Assembly: GCF_036588685.1 (NCBI RefSeq)
Contig: NC_086384.1
Span: 26,412,001 to 26,476,000 of the forward strand
Direction: 5' to 3'
DNA: 64,000 bases
Origin: Mytilus trossulus
Lineage: Eukaryota
A model generated the notes under the pieces. That model had not been told where the DNA came from, ran no database searches, and saw only the letters and a list, made by a program, of their open reading frames with translations. Position 1 is the first letter of the stretch. Each line of letters starts with the position of its first letter. Of the stretch, positions 40,901-52,407 are shown one piece after another. A program made the position numbers and the translations under genes.

Positions 40901-43900
40901 AGTATGTAAAGATGAAAAATAAAAGTATGTGTTTTGATTGTGCCATAATTTTATTTTACTATACTAAATTATATACACTATGCATTCAATCATTGACGAA
41001 CAGTCCCAAACCGACTATAGTCTATACTGTTCTGCACAAGTTTATCATGCATGCAGTCCTGCCAGAGTTTCTGGTACTATATATACTGTGTTCCTTGCGC
41101 ACTAAAGCAAGTTTTCACACTTAAGCATCCATAACATAGCAATGAGATTTGTATCTTTCTCCCCGTTTCTGGTAGGCACATTTATTTTCCTATAGGCATG
41201 TTTTTCACATTATTTTTACAGTTCAAAATAAAAAAAATTACATTCCAAATTCATCTTTTTTACAGTTCGAATTCAATTGAAACTTCAAGATAACTTTCGA
41301 AAACAATATCTGACAGTATTGTATTTTCAATGTGAATAAAAGTTGGTTTGCAAAACATGACCGTCATTTATATCTAGGTCTTATTTAGAAAAAGTGACGG
41401 TAACCACTTATCCCATACACATTGACAATGAGACAACTTTCTTTTAGACACAAAAATGATGTTGAATTAATCAAGTTTAGGTCACCGTATGCTTTAAACA
41501 ATGAGAAAAACACACAAACCGCATGAAAGCAAGCTATAACAGGGTCCTAAATTATAAATGTAAAACAATTCAAACATAAAAACTACCTGCCTATTTTATG
41601 TTCAAAACACATATGGTATAAAGCAACCAAAGACAACCATGGAATAACAAGCCTCTGACTCGGGAAATGGACTGAGTCAAAGTGTTGTCGCTGACACAAA
41701 CAGTACAACAAAAGTACAAATAATAAAAAATGATGAATAAACCTTAACTCGTCCTATGACAGAGTCTTTATAGTGAATTCGCGATTTGTGCCAAAACTTG
41801 TATCATAGTTAAAATTATCCATTAAATATGATAAATATACATGTATTCGCAGTTTACTATGAAATCCACTATATCTGAACTAGTATACATATTTATTAAG
41901 GGACCAGCTAAAAGACACCACCAGATGCGGGAGTTTTTCGCTTCATTGAAGATCCATTGTGGCCTTCGGCTGTTTTCTGCTCTATGGTCGGGTTGTTGTC
42001 GCTTGGAATTTGTATGACTTTTTCATGTTTAAATGCCCCCCCCCCCCCCCCACAATTTTTGTTTTTGTTGTTTTACCAAAAAAAAATTCAATCCCTCTAA
42101 ACCAAAATTTTAAACATCACCAAAAAGTAAAAAGTAAACAGAAATTTATAGTATTTATATAACTAAGAAGTGTATAAAGTTTGATGCAGTTATAATACTT
42201 CTTTTTTGAGATATGGCGCGACATGTTAAAAAAAACCCACATTCCTGTTTCACTTACATGTTCTGCTTCATTGAAGACCCATTGTGGCCTTCGGCTGTTT
42301 TCTGCTCTATGGTCGGTTGTTGTCGCTTGGAATTTGTATGAATTTTTCATGTTTAAATGCCCCCCCCCCCCCACTTTTTGTTTTTGTTTTACCAAAAAAA
42401 AATCAATCCCTCTAAACCAAAATTTAAACATCACCAAAAAGTAAACAGAAATTTATAGTATTTATATAACTAAGAAGTGTATAAAGTTTGATGCAGTTAT
42501 AATACTTCGTTTTTGAGATATGGCGCGACATGTTAAAAAAACCCCACATTCCTTTTTCACGTACATGTTCTGTAACTCAAAAAGATTTAATTTGATTTTC
42601 ACTTAAAGGTTTACAGATCATGTTAAATTTTAAGAAAACAAGATAAGCTGTCCTGAAGTTACGGTGCGACATGTTTATGGTGGGCAGACGGATAGATAGA
42701 CGGACGGACGGACGGACGGACGGACAGAATGACTGATAGATGGAGGCACGGATGGATGGAAGGACGGACAGTAAGACGGGGGTATACAATAATACGGCCT
42801 GTCAAAATTGGGACGGGCGTGTAAAAACGCGAAGAAATGGAGAAAAAAATCGTAATTAAAGGTAAATATTTTTTATTCGGATATCGGCCAAGTCGATTTA
42901 GTTGTATAGTTGTCTGCCTTATCATTTTCCTATATAACTTTTATATATATTTGAAAAAAAATATGTATAGAAATCGATAAAAAGAACTTGATATTCGGCA
43001 TTTATTATGAGAAACATAATCCAACTGACATAATCCGATTTCCCGGGTGTCCCTGTTTTTCTCATTTCTTACAATATTTTAATTCGGTATACAATTTATA
43101 AGATAAGTGGCGAATCTGGATGACGTATATGTTGCACGCCCCGACCCCACCTTTGGTTTCCAAAACTTGATTGATTCCTGTATTTAAAGATTTTATAAAG
43201 CAAAAAATAATCAAAATATTGTTCGACTCGCTACGCTCGGCCGTAGGTAAAAGTTGTTCGAAATACGCCCACTTTGAAATAAACTGAATACGTCTGTCCG
43301 TATATATTGTCCGTATATATTGATCAACATCAGTGTACGATCATCATAACACAATGGCGACAGTGCAGACTCGTTTTTTTTTAATAATGTTAACAAAATA
43401 ATTATTATTGAATTGTATAGATGACCTGAGACTATTATACTAATTTGTACATAGCAGTATAGTGATAAATAAATTGTATTTTAATGCATGGTAGTTGTAA
43501 CCCTACATTCGTTTTCTATGCCGATTATGCATGCATATACATTTGTCTTATTATCAACGTTTATCCTTAAGAAGATTTATTTTTAACGATGGTAGAAAAG
43601 ATTACATACATGGAATGATTAGATTACTTATAAAGGTGTCCATTCTTTTGTGCGAGAAAATCACATATCAATTGTGTGTTTCGATTTTTAAGACCGTAAA
43701 CTTTAATTTCAAGTTTAAAATTGTTCAACATATTTTCCCATAACTCATATAGAAAAAACATATTTAGAGAGCTTTAATCGCAATATGCTGTTAAAAAATT
43801 TCGGAATGCAAAGTAAAACTAAAATATATGTGTCGGCTATAAGAGTATGAATTTGCTAATTATTTATTTGAATCTGAGACTCATATAAATAATAAGCCGC

Positions 43901-46900
43901 TGTCCGGTGAACAACTTGTTTTCGAACGACCCACAAAACTCCTTTTGAACACTGAAGTTAAATAATCAGTTCTAATGTAATGCGATTATGATTTTTTTTA
44001 TTTGACCAAACCGGGTTATGCATTTTGAAATCTATGACGAAACCGGGTTGTATACATTGACGAAACCGGCCAGTTTGATTTTAACATGACCCATTTCTTT
44101 CGTTCCATACACAGAGTTACAATTATTGAGATGCTCATAATAACTAAATTTGCAATCTCCGTGTCAATATCTATCTTCCCGTACCTTTCTTTCCGTACAA
44201 TGTGAACAATTTAACGAGAAATTAAACAATTTCGAGGCAAGGTTCACTCAATTCGTCATTTTGACATGCATTTTGACTTATTTCTCCGTTAATAGAGAAC
44301 GGTTGTAGAAAATATTGCATCTCACAATAGAAAATAGTTGTATATGTATATATATTCTTCGATATCATAAAAAGAATAAAACAATAAGGAGAAACCTACC
44401 TTTCTTTTGTCTATTGGTGTTCCGTCATTGTGCCGGATGTTAGATAGCATCGAGTCCGAGCAAATTTTGCCGGTGTGGTTTAGACACAGTGGATTTTTTG
44501 AATGCCCATTTAATTAGGTGTGTGAATTTTTTCTTAATGAGAATGTGAGGCAATGTGGTATACAGGGTAGAAAAATCAAAACTTTGAACAGATTCAAAAT
44601 CACCAATATGAGCATGCAATTTATCAAGTACTTCCAACGAGTTCTTGACACTCCAAAAGTAATTTATTCCACTATTTTCGAAGGCCTTATTTGAACAATT
44701 TATTATAAGGTTTTTAATTGTACCAAGTGTGAGATGCTTTTTTGTTTTACAACATATCGAATGGATGTTTGGCCAATGATGTTGTTCAGTAATGGAGGTT
44801 TCAAAACTCACCCTGTGTGACCGAACACTTATTCTTATAGGAGTTATCTCCCCGCGTCTCTTTTTTCTTGTTATCGCTATATCTCTATAACCGTAAAAGA
44901 TTTTTACAAACTGTTTTCACCAAATTGTTCGTCTACTCTTAGGAATGATTTGTTTTACTTTGACTGAGGTGATCAGAAGACATCTTATGTGAGTTATTTC
45001 CGTTTGAAATTTAAAATAAACGACATGTTGGGTTCATTCATACAGTATAATTTGTAGAGGCCTACAGTCTTTTGATATGAAGTCCTTGGTCCATATAAAG
45101 GAAATTGAGGTTAAAGTCAAAGGTCAAGGTCATGTTATAAATTTTGAATTTTGCTTGTTATCGTTATTCGAAAGAAACTGTAACAGTTAATGATATGATA
45201 TGTTTGCAAAATCACTGTTTACAATAAGGCACAACTTCAACTTATTCAGTCGAAGTGTTTTGGTTACCCCTTATAGGAGTTTTCTCCCCTTATGTATTTG
45301 AAATCATTATTTCTCCACAACCATACAAGTGATTGACCTCGGACCTTCTAATTTGAGTTCACTGACCCATGACCTTGAAATTGAGGTCAAGGTCAAAGGT
45401 CAAGGTCATGTTATAATTTTTTGAATTTTGCTTGTTATCGTTTTTCAAAAGAAACTGTTACAGTTAGTGATATGATGTGTTTGCCAAATTACTGTTTACA
45501 ATAAGGCGCAACTTTAACCTATTTAAGTCGAAGTGTTTTGGTTAACCCTTTTAGGAGTTTTCTCCCCTTTTGTATTTGAAATAATTATTTCTCCACAACC
45601 ATACAAGTGATTGACCTGGGGCCTTCCTATTTGAGTTCACTGACCTATGACCTTGAATTTGAGGTCAAGGTTGAATGTCAAGGTCATATTCTATATTTTG
45701 GAATTTGCTTGTTATCTATATTCAAAAGAAATTGTAACAGTTAATGATACGATGTGTTTGCCAAATAACTGTTTACAACAAGGGGCAACTTCAACCCATT
45801 TAAGTGGATGTGCTTTGGTCAACCCTTTTAGGAATTTTCTCCCCTTTTATATTTGAAATCGATATTTCTCTTCAACCATACAAGTGATTGACCTGGGGTC
45901 TTTTGATTTGAGATCACTGACCTATGACCTTGAGGTCAAGGTCAAAGGTCAACTTGACGTTTTAGATTTTGACCTTTGCTTTAAATTCTTTCTTGTTCAT
46001 TATAAAATAATTAAGTCTTTTGCATTTACCAATTTTTTTTTTAAATCAGTTTGAGGTACTAAATTACATCAACAAGGAGTGACCTTTTCTAAAATCTTGT
46101 TTAAAATTTCATTCTTAATATCGAGGTGGAAAGACCTTCAATTGTTCTCTGAAGAATTGGTTTTTAATTATTAATAAAGTTATTCAATTTAGTAGTAGTA
46201 AGGAAAATATACCTTAAGTATGCTACATCTCAAAATGCTGGCATCATTTTTTTTAATAGAAAATTTAAATAAGGAAAAATAAGACGTAGGGATACGTATA
46301 TATGGAGCCACTGAAGGACAAGAAAGCCGTTAGAGCCAAACGAATATTTATTTGTAAAATACCACCAGTTTTTTTTGGCCGAGCTTTCAAAGTTGCTTAA
46401 AATGCATCTTCTTCGCTAAAGTTTCATATCTCCTATCTGAATATCTGAGATATTTAATATTTCAGCGCTCGCAAGGAAGCAGCAGCCATTGTTATCAATG
46501 ACGAGGAGGAATTTGAGCAGGGGGATGCTGGAGCATCTAGTACTTACCCAGAACAATGCTCCAGTCTGAGGAAAGGAGGTCATGTTCTACTGAAGAATCG
46601 TCCTTGTAAGATAGTAGAGATGTCTACATCCGCCCCAGGAAAGCATGGACACGCAAAGGTATGGCAATAGTACTTCCCGCCACAAACACCGATATAATTT
46701 TATCGTACAGAAATATGAACGTCTATAAAGCAAATATTGTTGTCTCTTTGACACATTCCCCATTCCCATTCTCAATTTTATTCTCACCAAGTAATTTTAC
46801 ATATGGGGCCCCACTAGCAAATTTGGCTAATGTCTATCTGATTAGTAATGTCCCAGCACTGTAAATGCGTATGTGTAGTATACAATGAGTTGATGTGACA

Positions 46901-48829
46901 ATACAACTTAACTAATAATGTATACAGAACCACTTTCTTTTTTTACAGGTGGTTACCTTTGTTTTCTTTTATAGTCAAATCTTCTCTGTTTGTCATGTTT
47001 ACAGGTTCATCTCATTGGATTGGATCTGTTCACTGGAAAGAAGTACGAAGACATTTGTCCAGCACACCATAACATGGATGTTCCTAATGTCAAACGTCTG
47101 GAATATCAGGTGGGGACACTTATTGTAAACACCAAGTATAATAAATATAAGTAGGAAACTGAGAGTTTACTATCAGATCGGTACTTTGTGTCAATAGTAA
47201 TTTGTTATTTTGTAAGTTGTTTTTATTTGACATCAACATGTTTGCGTTGATATAATGAAAAAAGGGGCCAAACAGCAAAAACAATAATTCTAGATTCCGG
47301 ACCATAACTTGAGTTTTGTTTGAAATTGTACTACAAGGTTCAATACCACAAAAGGAAGGTTTGGTTAGATTTCGCGGTTATGATACGTCCGTATTCGCTT
47401 AGGAATAAGTTACCTACACGAACATAAAAAAAAGAGAACTATGTTATGTCCAATTGTCAATCACAATCCAAATTCAGTGCCGCAGCTGTTCATGGTTCAA
47501 TCTCTGTGGTCGTATCAGGCTTCTCCCCGCGGAGTATTTTATCCAATATAGTGACATGGAAGGCCGGTTAACTCATTTGTATAAAATACATTTCGAAACT
47601 GATAGGTTCGATTTCGGGAAATCTAGATTAATGTTTAATGATAATTGGCACAGTTGTCATTGGTCTCTGGTGGAGTGTTGTCTATTAAACAAGGATACCA
47701 CATCTTCTTTATTTCATATTTTGTTTTGGCTGTTCGTTTGACCTTAATTAGCATTAAATGGTTCAAAGTTTTTAAAAATATGTATAACAATTGCTATGTT
47801 TTGTCATTTTTAGATTGTTAATGTTAGCCGTGATGGGTATTTGACAATAATGGATGACAAAGGTCAACTTCGCAGTGATATCAAGATCGAGGAGGATGAT
47901 GACCTTGGAAAAGAGATTAAGGTCAAATTTGAAAAAGATGAAGATTTTATGGTACGTTATAGCACTTGTTTTATATATTTATACTTCAGTCATTTTTCGC
48001 GGTTTTCGTTCATGTTTCACAAAATTAGGTTTGATTTTTAGATGTCATAAATTATACCTTCTAAATGTGGAGGAGTTTTGCAATTACCGTGTCCGTACGA
48101 CAGAAATTTTCATCACAAGTTTTTCAGAAACTTAAGAGAACGACTGCATATTTGGGTCAGTATGACCATCTTTAACGGCTTAATTTATAGGCAACAGTTT
48201 GTTTTTGCTATAAAAAAAAAAAAAAAAAATCTTATTTTTTTAATTCCTCTAAGGCAGTTTTTTTACAACCACTAAACGTGCAAACAACTTATAAAAACGC
48301 TGGAAAGTTGAAACATGGATCCCCATGTTAGAGATATTTAATGCCATGAGTGTTGTGTGGCCAGGTTATGTTCAACTGCTGTATGACTAGCCTGTCAACT
48401 GAGGTTGTAAGTTCGAAACCCGAAACCCGCACGTGGCACTGAGGTGCATTCGACTGTCAGTTTTCTCGCCGAAAGTCAGTGGTTTTCTGAATCACCTGAC
48501 TTTCTGGCTTCCTCAACCAATAAAAAAATGACCGCCACGAATTAGCCAAAAAATGCTGGAAGTGGCATAAAACACTAAACATCATTCAATCATTATCAAT
48601 AAACCATGATTATTTTTTGTTGTACACCGATAGATAATTACTTGAGTTTATACTTTTCCATAAAAGTAAATTTGTATTGCTATATTTTATCAAATCCTGT
48701 TAAATACCTGACCTGAAATTAGTAATTTACAAATATTGTGACATTTTGTCTTTTTATTTTCAGGTCTCCGTCATCACTGCTATGGACGAGGAGAAGGTCA
48801 TAGCAATGAAAGCTATTAAACAACCTTGA
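37904..48829 (+). CDS. EIF5A: Divergent eIF5A paralog; exons 37904-37929 (predicted), 46466-46658, 47005-47109, 47814-47951, 48764-48829 (about 175 aa)
   Basis: Translation (MKNKNKRSS)[64 protein letters not shown]|[35 protein letters not shown]|[22 protein letters not shown]...|[21 protein letters not shown]. Same three intron positions as copy 1, no stops, AATAAA at 49052. The first exon is inferred from phase-2 compatibility (AG|gtaaga) and is less certain than the last four. Confidence 0.88.
39052..39118 (-). promoter_or_regulatory. Type-2 SECIS element in the retroelement 3' UTR
   Basis: AUCAUAUG-UU-AUGAU-GGUAUGAUACU-AAA-CCCCUAACGGG-A-AGUAUUGUGUC-UGAU-GUU-CAUAUGAU: helix I, AUGA/GA core, 11-bp helix II, AAA bulge, apical mini-stem. 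Confidence 0.8.
41940..42575. repeat. Direct duplication of about 320 bp
   Basis: 41940-42264 is repeated at 42265-42575. Confidence 0.85.
42686..42830 (-). repeat. (GACG/GATG)n microsatellite with a HINE-like 5' end
   Basis: Tetranucleotide run next to a small inverted repeat ending in a T-run on the minus strand; a similar end occurs at 51265-51330(+). Confidence 0.6.
48343..48575 (+). repeat. Degenerate tRNA-derived SINE-like repeat
   Basis: A-box-like TGGCCAGG and B-box-like GTTCGAAAC; similar tail at about 35470-35610. Confidence 0.4.
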
Positions 48830-49289
48830 CTCTTTTTATCTCTTTTATACTCATCACTAATTCTATCCAAATAGGATAATACAAATTCCTAATGAGGATC
48901 ACAACCGGATCACATACATATAATTAACTCTGCAACGAGGAGTTTTAGGTGAAGGAAGGATAGGGAAGTAACAGAAAGTGAAGAGAGAGAATAACAAAAA
49001 AAAAAACTTTCATATTCTTTTATCTAATCACACATTCTATCTTCTAATTTAAATAAAATTATTACACTTAACCAGTTTTGTTACTTCTTAGCATTTTCTT
49101 GGCTAAAAGATGAAAGATATTGAAGGTGTCCAAATTTCCAAGAGTTACGATCCAGTCCCCTGCCTTCGGAGAAGACTAGATCGTAAAATTTGGCTATTTC
49201 ATGAGCATTAGCTAGCAAAGATGCTTTACTTCATATACGACTTGGAATAATGGCACAAATAGTGATCGCAATAATTGTTTGTTGTCACC

Positions 49290-50700
49290 TTTTTGTCGAG
49301 CCTACATTCCGTCGTCGGCGGCGTCTACAAATATTCACTCTGTGGTTAAAGTTTTTTAAAAGGAGTAGGTCCAGTAAGACCCCTTTTTGGCCCCAAAATA
49401 AAGCAGTTTTACAAAATTGTTAAAATGTAAACTTTTAGTTATTTATTGGATAGTAGAATTGTTCTGCTACATAAATATGGGCTGTTTTTGACGTTACAAT
49501 GCACATATATTGGGTACTAGCACCATTAAGTCACGCTAAATTACTGAAATATTCAAAATTCCAGCATTTTAGTTAAATTTCAGACGGTTTCCGTGTAAAA
49601 CGAAAGTGGCCGCATTCGTGTTCATCCAAAATATTGAAATGGAAGTTGTATTTGATAATAATACATAACATATATAAAGATTGAGGATGAACACAAATGC
49701 GGCCAATTTAATTTTTGACAAAAACCATCTAAAAAATGACATTTTTTCGCATATTTGGTTGATTTTTCATATTTGAGCTTGAATCGGAGCGTGTTTAATG
49801 ATGAAACCAGTTGAAATCTTTCATATATATTATTTGAATCAAATGAAATGGAAACTTAAGTGTATAAAAAGTGGTCAAAATCTTTCGTCAGATGAAACTG
49901 AAATTTGAGTCCAAAATCGGTCCTTACCGGACCTACTCCTTTAATAACTTTCTTAAACTATACTGGATTTCTACCAAACATGGACAGAAGCTTGTTTATG
50001 ATCATAAGATAGTATCAAGAAGTACAGTTTGCAAAAATAAAATTCCATTTTTTCTGTTTTTTACTTATAAATGGACTTAGTTTTTCTGCGGGGAAACATA
50101 ACATTCACTCTGTGGTTAAAGTTTTTAAAATTTTAATAACTTTCTTTAACTATTCTGGGTTTGTACCAAACTTGGACAGAAGCTTGTTTATGATCATGAG
50201 ATAGTATCCAGAAGTAAATTTTGTAAAAAAATCAATCCATTTTCTCCGTATTATACTTTTAAATGGACTAAGGGTTTTTGCCAGGAAACAACACATTCAC
50301 TCTGTGGTTAAATTTTTTTTTGAAATTTAATAACTTTCTCATACTTTTTTAAATTTGTACCAAACTTGGACAGAAGCTTGTTTATGATCAAAAGCTAGTA
50401 TCTAGAAAGGAAATTTTGTCAATATTTGGTACCTGTGTATCTGTATTTTACTTATAAATGGACTTAGTTTTTCTTCCAGTTAATTTTACATACAGTCTGC
50501 AGTTGAAGTTTTTTAAACATTTATTCGATTCATAAACTATCCTGAAATTTTCACCAAACTTGGACAGAAGCTTCTTACAATCTCAAGATAGTATCAAGAG
50601 GAATATTTTTATTGATTGTTTTCCTCATTTTTGTTGAGCCTGGGAGTTACAGCAAAAGTAGGCGAGACACTGGGTTCCGCGGAACCCTTATAATTTTTTT
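49290..50700 (+). mobile_element. HINE-like element with tandem internal units
   Basis: 5' TTTTTGTCGAGCCT; 3' AGGCGAGAC plus hairpin GGGTTCCGCGGAACCC; repeated ACCAAACTTGGACAGAAGCTTG units. Confidence 0.65.
49361..49940. mobile_element. Kolobok-like MITE
   Basis: TIR AGGAGTAGGTCC(A/G)GTAAG at a TTAA-type site; a degenerate reverse copy lies at about 60380-60770. Confidence 0.7.
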
Positions 50701-51506
50701 GGTACATTAGCTACGAGACATCGGGCCCCGAGACATAGACTAAAAGTAAAATATGATTTGTTTCGGTTCAATCGTTACAAAATAATTTGTTTTTAACAGC
50801 CAGTTTAGTTCAATTTTGGTAAAATAAGCTAAGAAATAAAGCTGAAGATTTATTCACTTGCAAGTGAACAATTTGTCTTCATTGAATCCGTATTCATGTG
50901 ACCTTCAATTAAATTAAAGAAAAGAATGTCAACATTCAAAGTGAATCATTTCGTTGACAGATTCGACCCACAAAAATATCATGCTTGTACCGGTAAAAAG
51001 GCGATAAAGTTATGTTTTTGACTCAACCGTAGTGGAGTCGGCATTTATTGTCCGTACTTCCCGATATTGCTATTCGTACTTTTAAAAACTTCAAGTTGTA
51101 CTGTTACACCACTGTCCCAGGTAAAGGGGATGGTAACAGGTTGGGATCCCGCTAATATGTTTAACCCCACCACATTATGTATGTGTGTGTCTGTCACAAG
51201 TCAAGAGCCTGTATTTCAGTGGTTGTCGTTTGTTTATGTGTAAAATATTTGTTTTTCGTTCATTTTTATAGGCCCGTTTACGTGACGTATTATGGTATAT
51301 CCGGTTGTCCGTCTGTCCGTCCGTCTGACAATTACTCAAAAATGCTTCACTGAACCAATTGAAATGAAACTTTTTTATATGTATTGACGTGAGCTCATTT
51401 CGATTTTCATAAATTTTGGATTCTAAGTTTCCGAGTTTTAGGGGTTTTATTCATAAAAAGGGGGAATTTCCCAGTTTTTGGACAAGAACTCAAAAATACT
51501 TCATGG

Positions 51507-51733
51507 GGGCTCTCGTTGGGGGGTTCCGATCCCGGATCCCGCTTACTGTTTTGTCAAATTCCCGTATCCCGCTTCGCTTACACTATGTACGTAAGCAATT
51601 CTCATTTTTTTGTCATTTCGCGGGTTCCGCAAGACCTCATTTCCCGTTTTCACGCCACAATAATTTGCTTTTCACGTGTCACGCTTAAAAAAATTCGGCA
51701 ATCCCGCGTCACGCTTAGACCCCAATGAGACCC
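51507..51733. mobile_element. MITE with 9-bp TSD (Mutator- or Merlin-like)
   Basis: GGGCTCTCGTTGGG...CCCAATGAGACCC; ACTTCATGG duplicated. Confidence 0.7.
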
Positions 51734-51881
51734 ACTTCATGGGGTTTACATGGTATGGGCTTTGCTCATTCTTGAAGGCCGTATGGGGACCTATAGTTCT
51801 TAATTTCTGTGTCATTTGGTCTCTTTTTATACGACCGCAAAAAAGTCAATAGAAATCTATGAAATTTTAAAACGAGTTTTA

Positions 51882-52248
51882 TTTTGATAACTATTTACAC
51901 CACAGGATCGATGCCACTGCTGGTGGACGTTTCGTCCCCGAGGGTATCACCAGCCCAGTAGTCAGCACTTCGGTGTTGACATGAATATCAATTATATGGT
52001 CATTTTTATAAATTTTCTGTTTTCAAGACTTTGAATTTTTCAAAAAACTAACGATTTTCTTACCCCAGGAGTAGATTACCTTAGCCGTATTTGGTACTTT
52101 TTGGAATTTTGGATCCTCAATGCTCTTCAAATTCGTATTTATTTGGCTTTTTAAACTATTTTGATCTGAGCGTCACTGATGAGTCTTATGTAGACGAAAC
52201 GCGCGTCTGGCGTATAAAATTATAATCCTGGTACTTTTGATAACTATT
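51882..52248 (+). mobile_element. Non-LTR retrozyme monomer (353-nt period)
   Basis: Starts and ends with TTTTGATAACTATT (51882 and 52235), contains a hammerhead ribozyme, has no ORF, and interrupts the host repeat at ...TTTAT^GACC. Confidence 0.8.
52171..52212 (+). ncRNA. Type I minimal hammerhead ribozyme
   Basis: CGUCA-CUGAUGA-GUCU(UAUGU)AGAC-GAAA-CGCGCG-UC^UGGCG. Stem I CGUCA/UGGCG; palindromic stem III ACGCGCGU; predicted cleavage after C52207. Confidence 0.9.
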
Positions 52249-52407
52249 ATGACCGTAAAAGGAAGGTTGGAATGGATTTTGGAAGAATTGGTCCCAACAG
52301 TTTAGGAATTGGGGGCCAATAGGGGCCCAAATAAGCATATTCTTTGTTTTCGGACTATAACTTTAGTTTAAGTCAATAGAAAACTATGAAATTTTGAAAC
52401 AAGGTTT

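Larger units (their letters stand above)
40119..44491. mobile_element. Non-autonomous Transib-like element with long (more than 400 bp) TIRs
   Basis: Ends CACTGTGTCTAAACCACACCGG; about 40119-40550 is inverted at about 44060-44491; 5-bp TSD GATTT. Confidence 0.85.
38531..44729 (-). mobile_element. 5'-truncated Penelope-like retroelement (Naiad-type RT), interrupted by a TIR element at 40119-44491
   Basis: RT motifs [64 protein letters not shown]; no C-terminal GIY-YIG; TGAGAT at both junctions (38527 and 44730). Confidence 0.85.
39171..44729 (-). pseudogene. Split reverse transcriptase ORF (44729-44492 joined to 40113-39171)
   Basis: Removing 40119-44491 and one GATTT copy restores the frame ...[15 protein letters not shown]... 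Confidence 0.88.
38402..46165 (+). mobile_element. HINE-like element hosting the Naiad insertion
   Basis: 5' GGTCTTTCCAC...GTGGAAAGACC (duplicated); 3' GTGGAAAGACC plus hairpin at 46126-46160; tandem units of about 280 bp at 45100-45960. Confidence 0.65.

Noticed and set aside
46498-46500. ATG as the start codon of the eIF5A paralog
   Set aside because: It is out of frame with the conserved eIF5A sequence (the frame reads AAT GAC).
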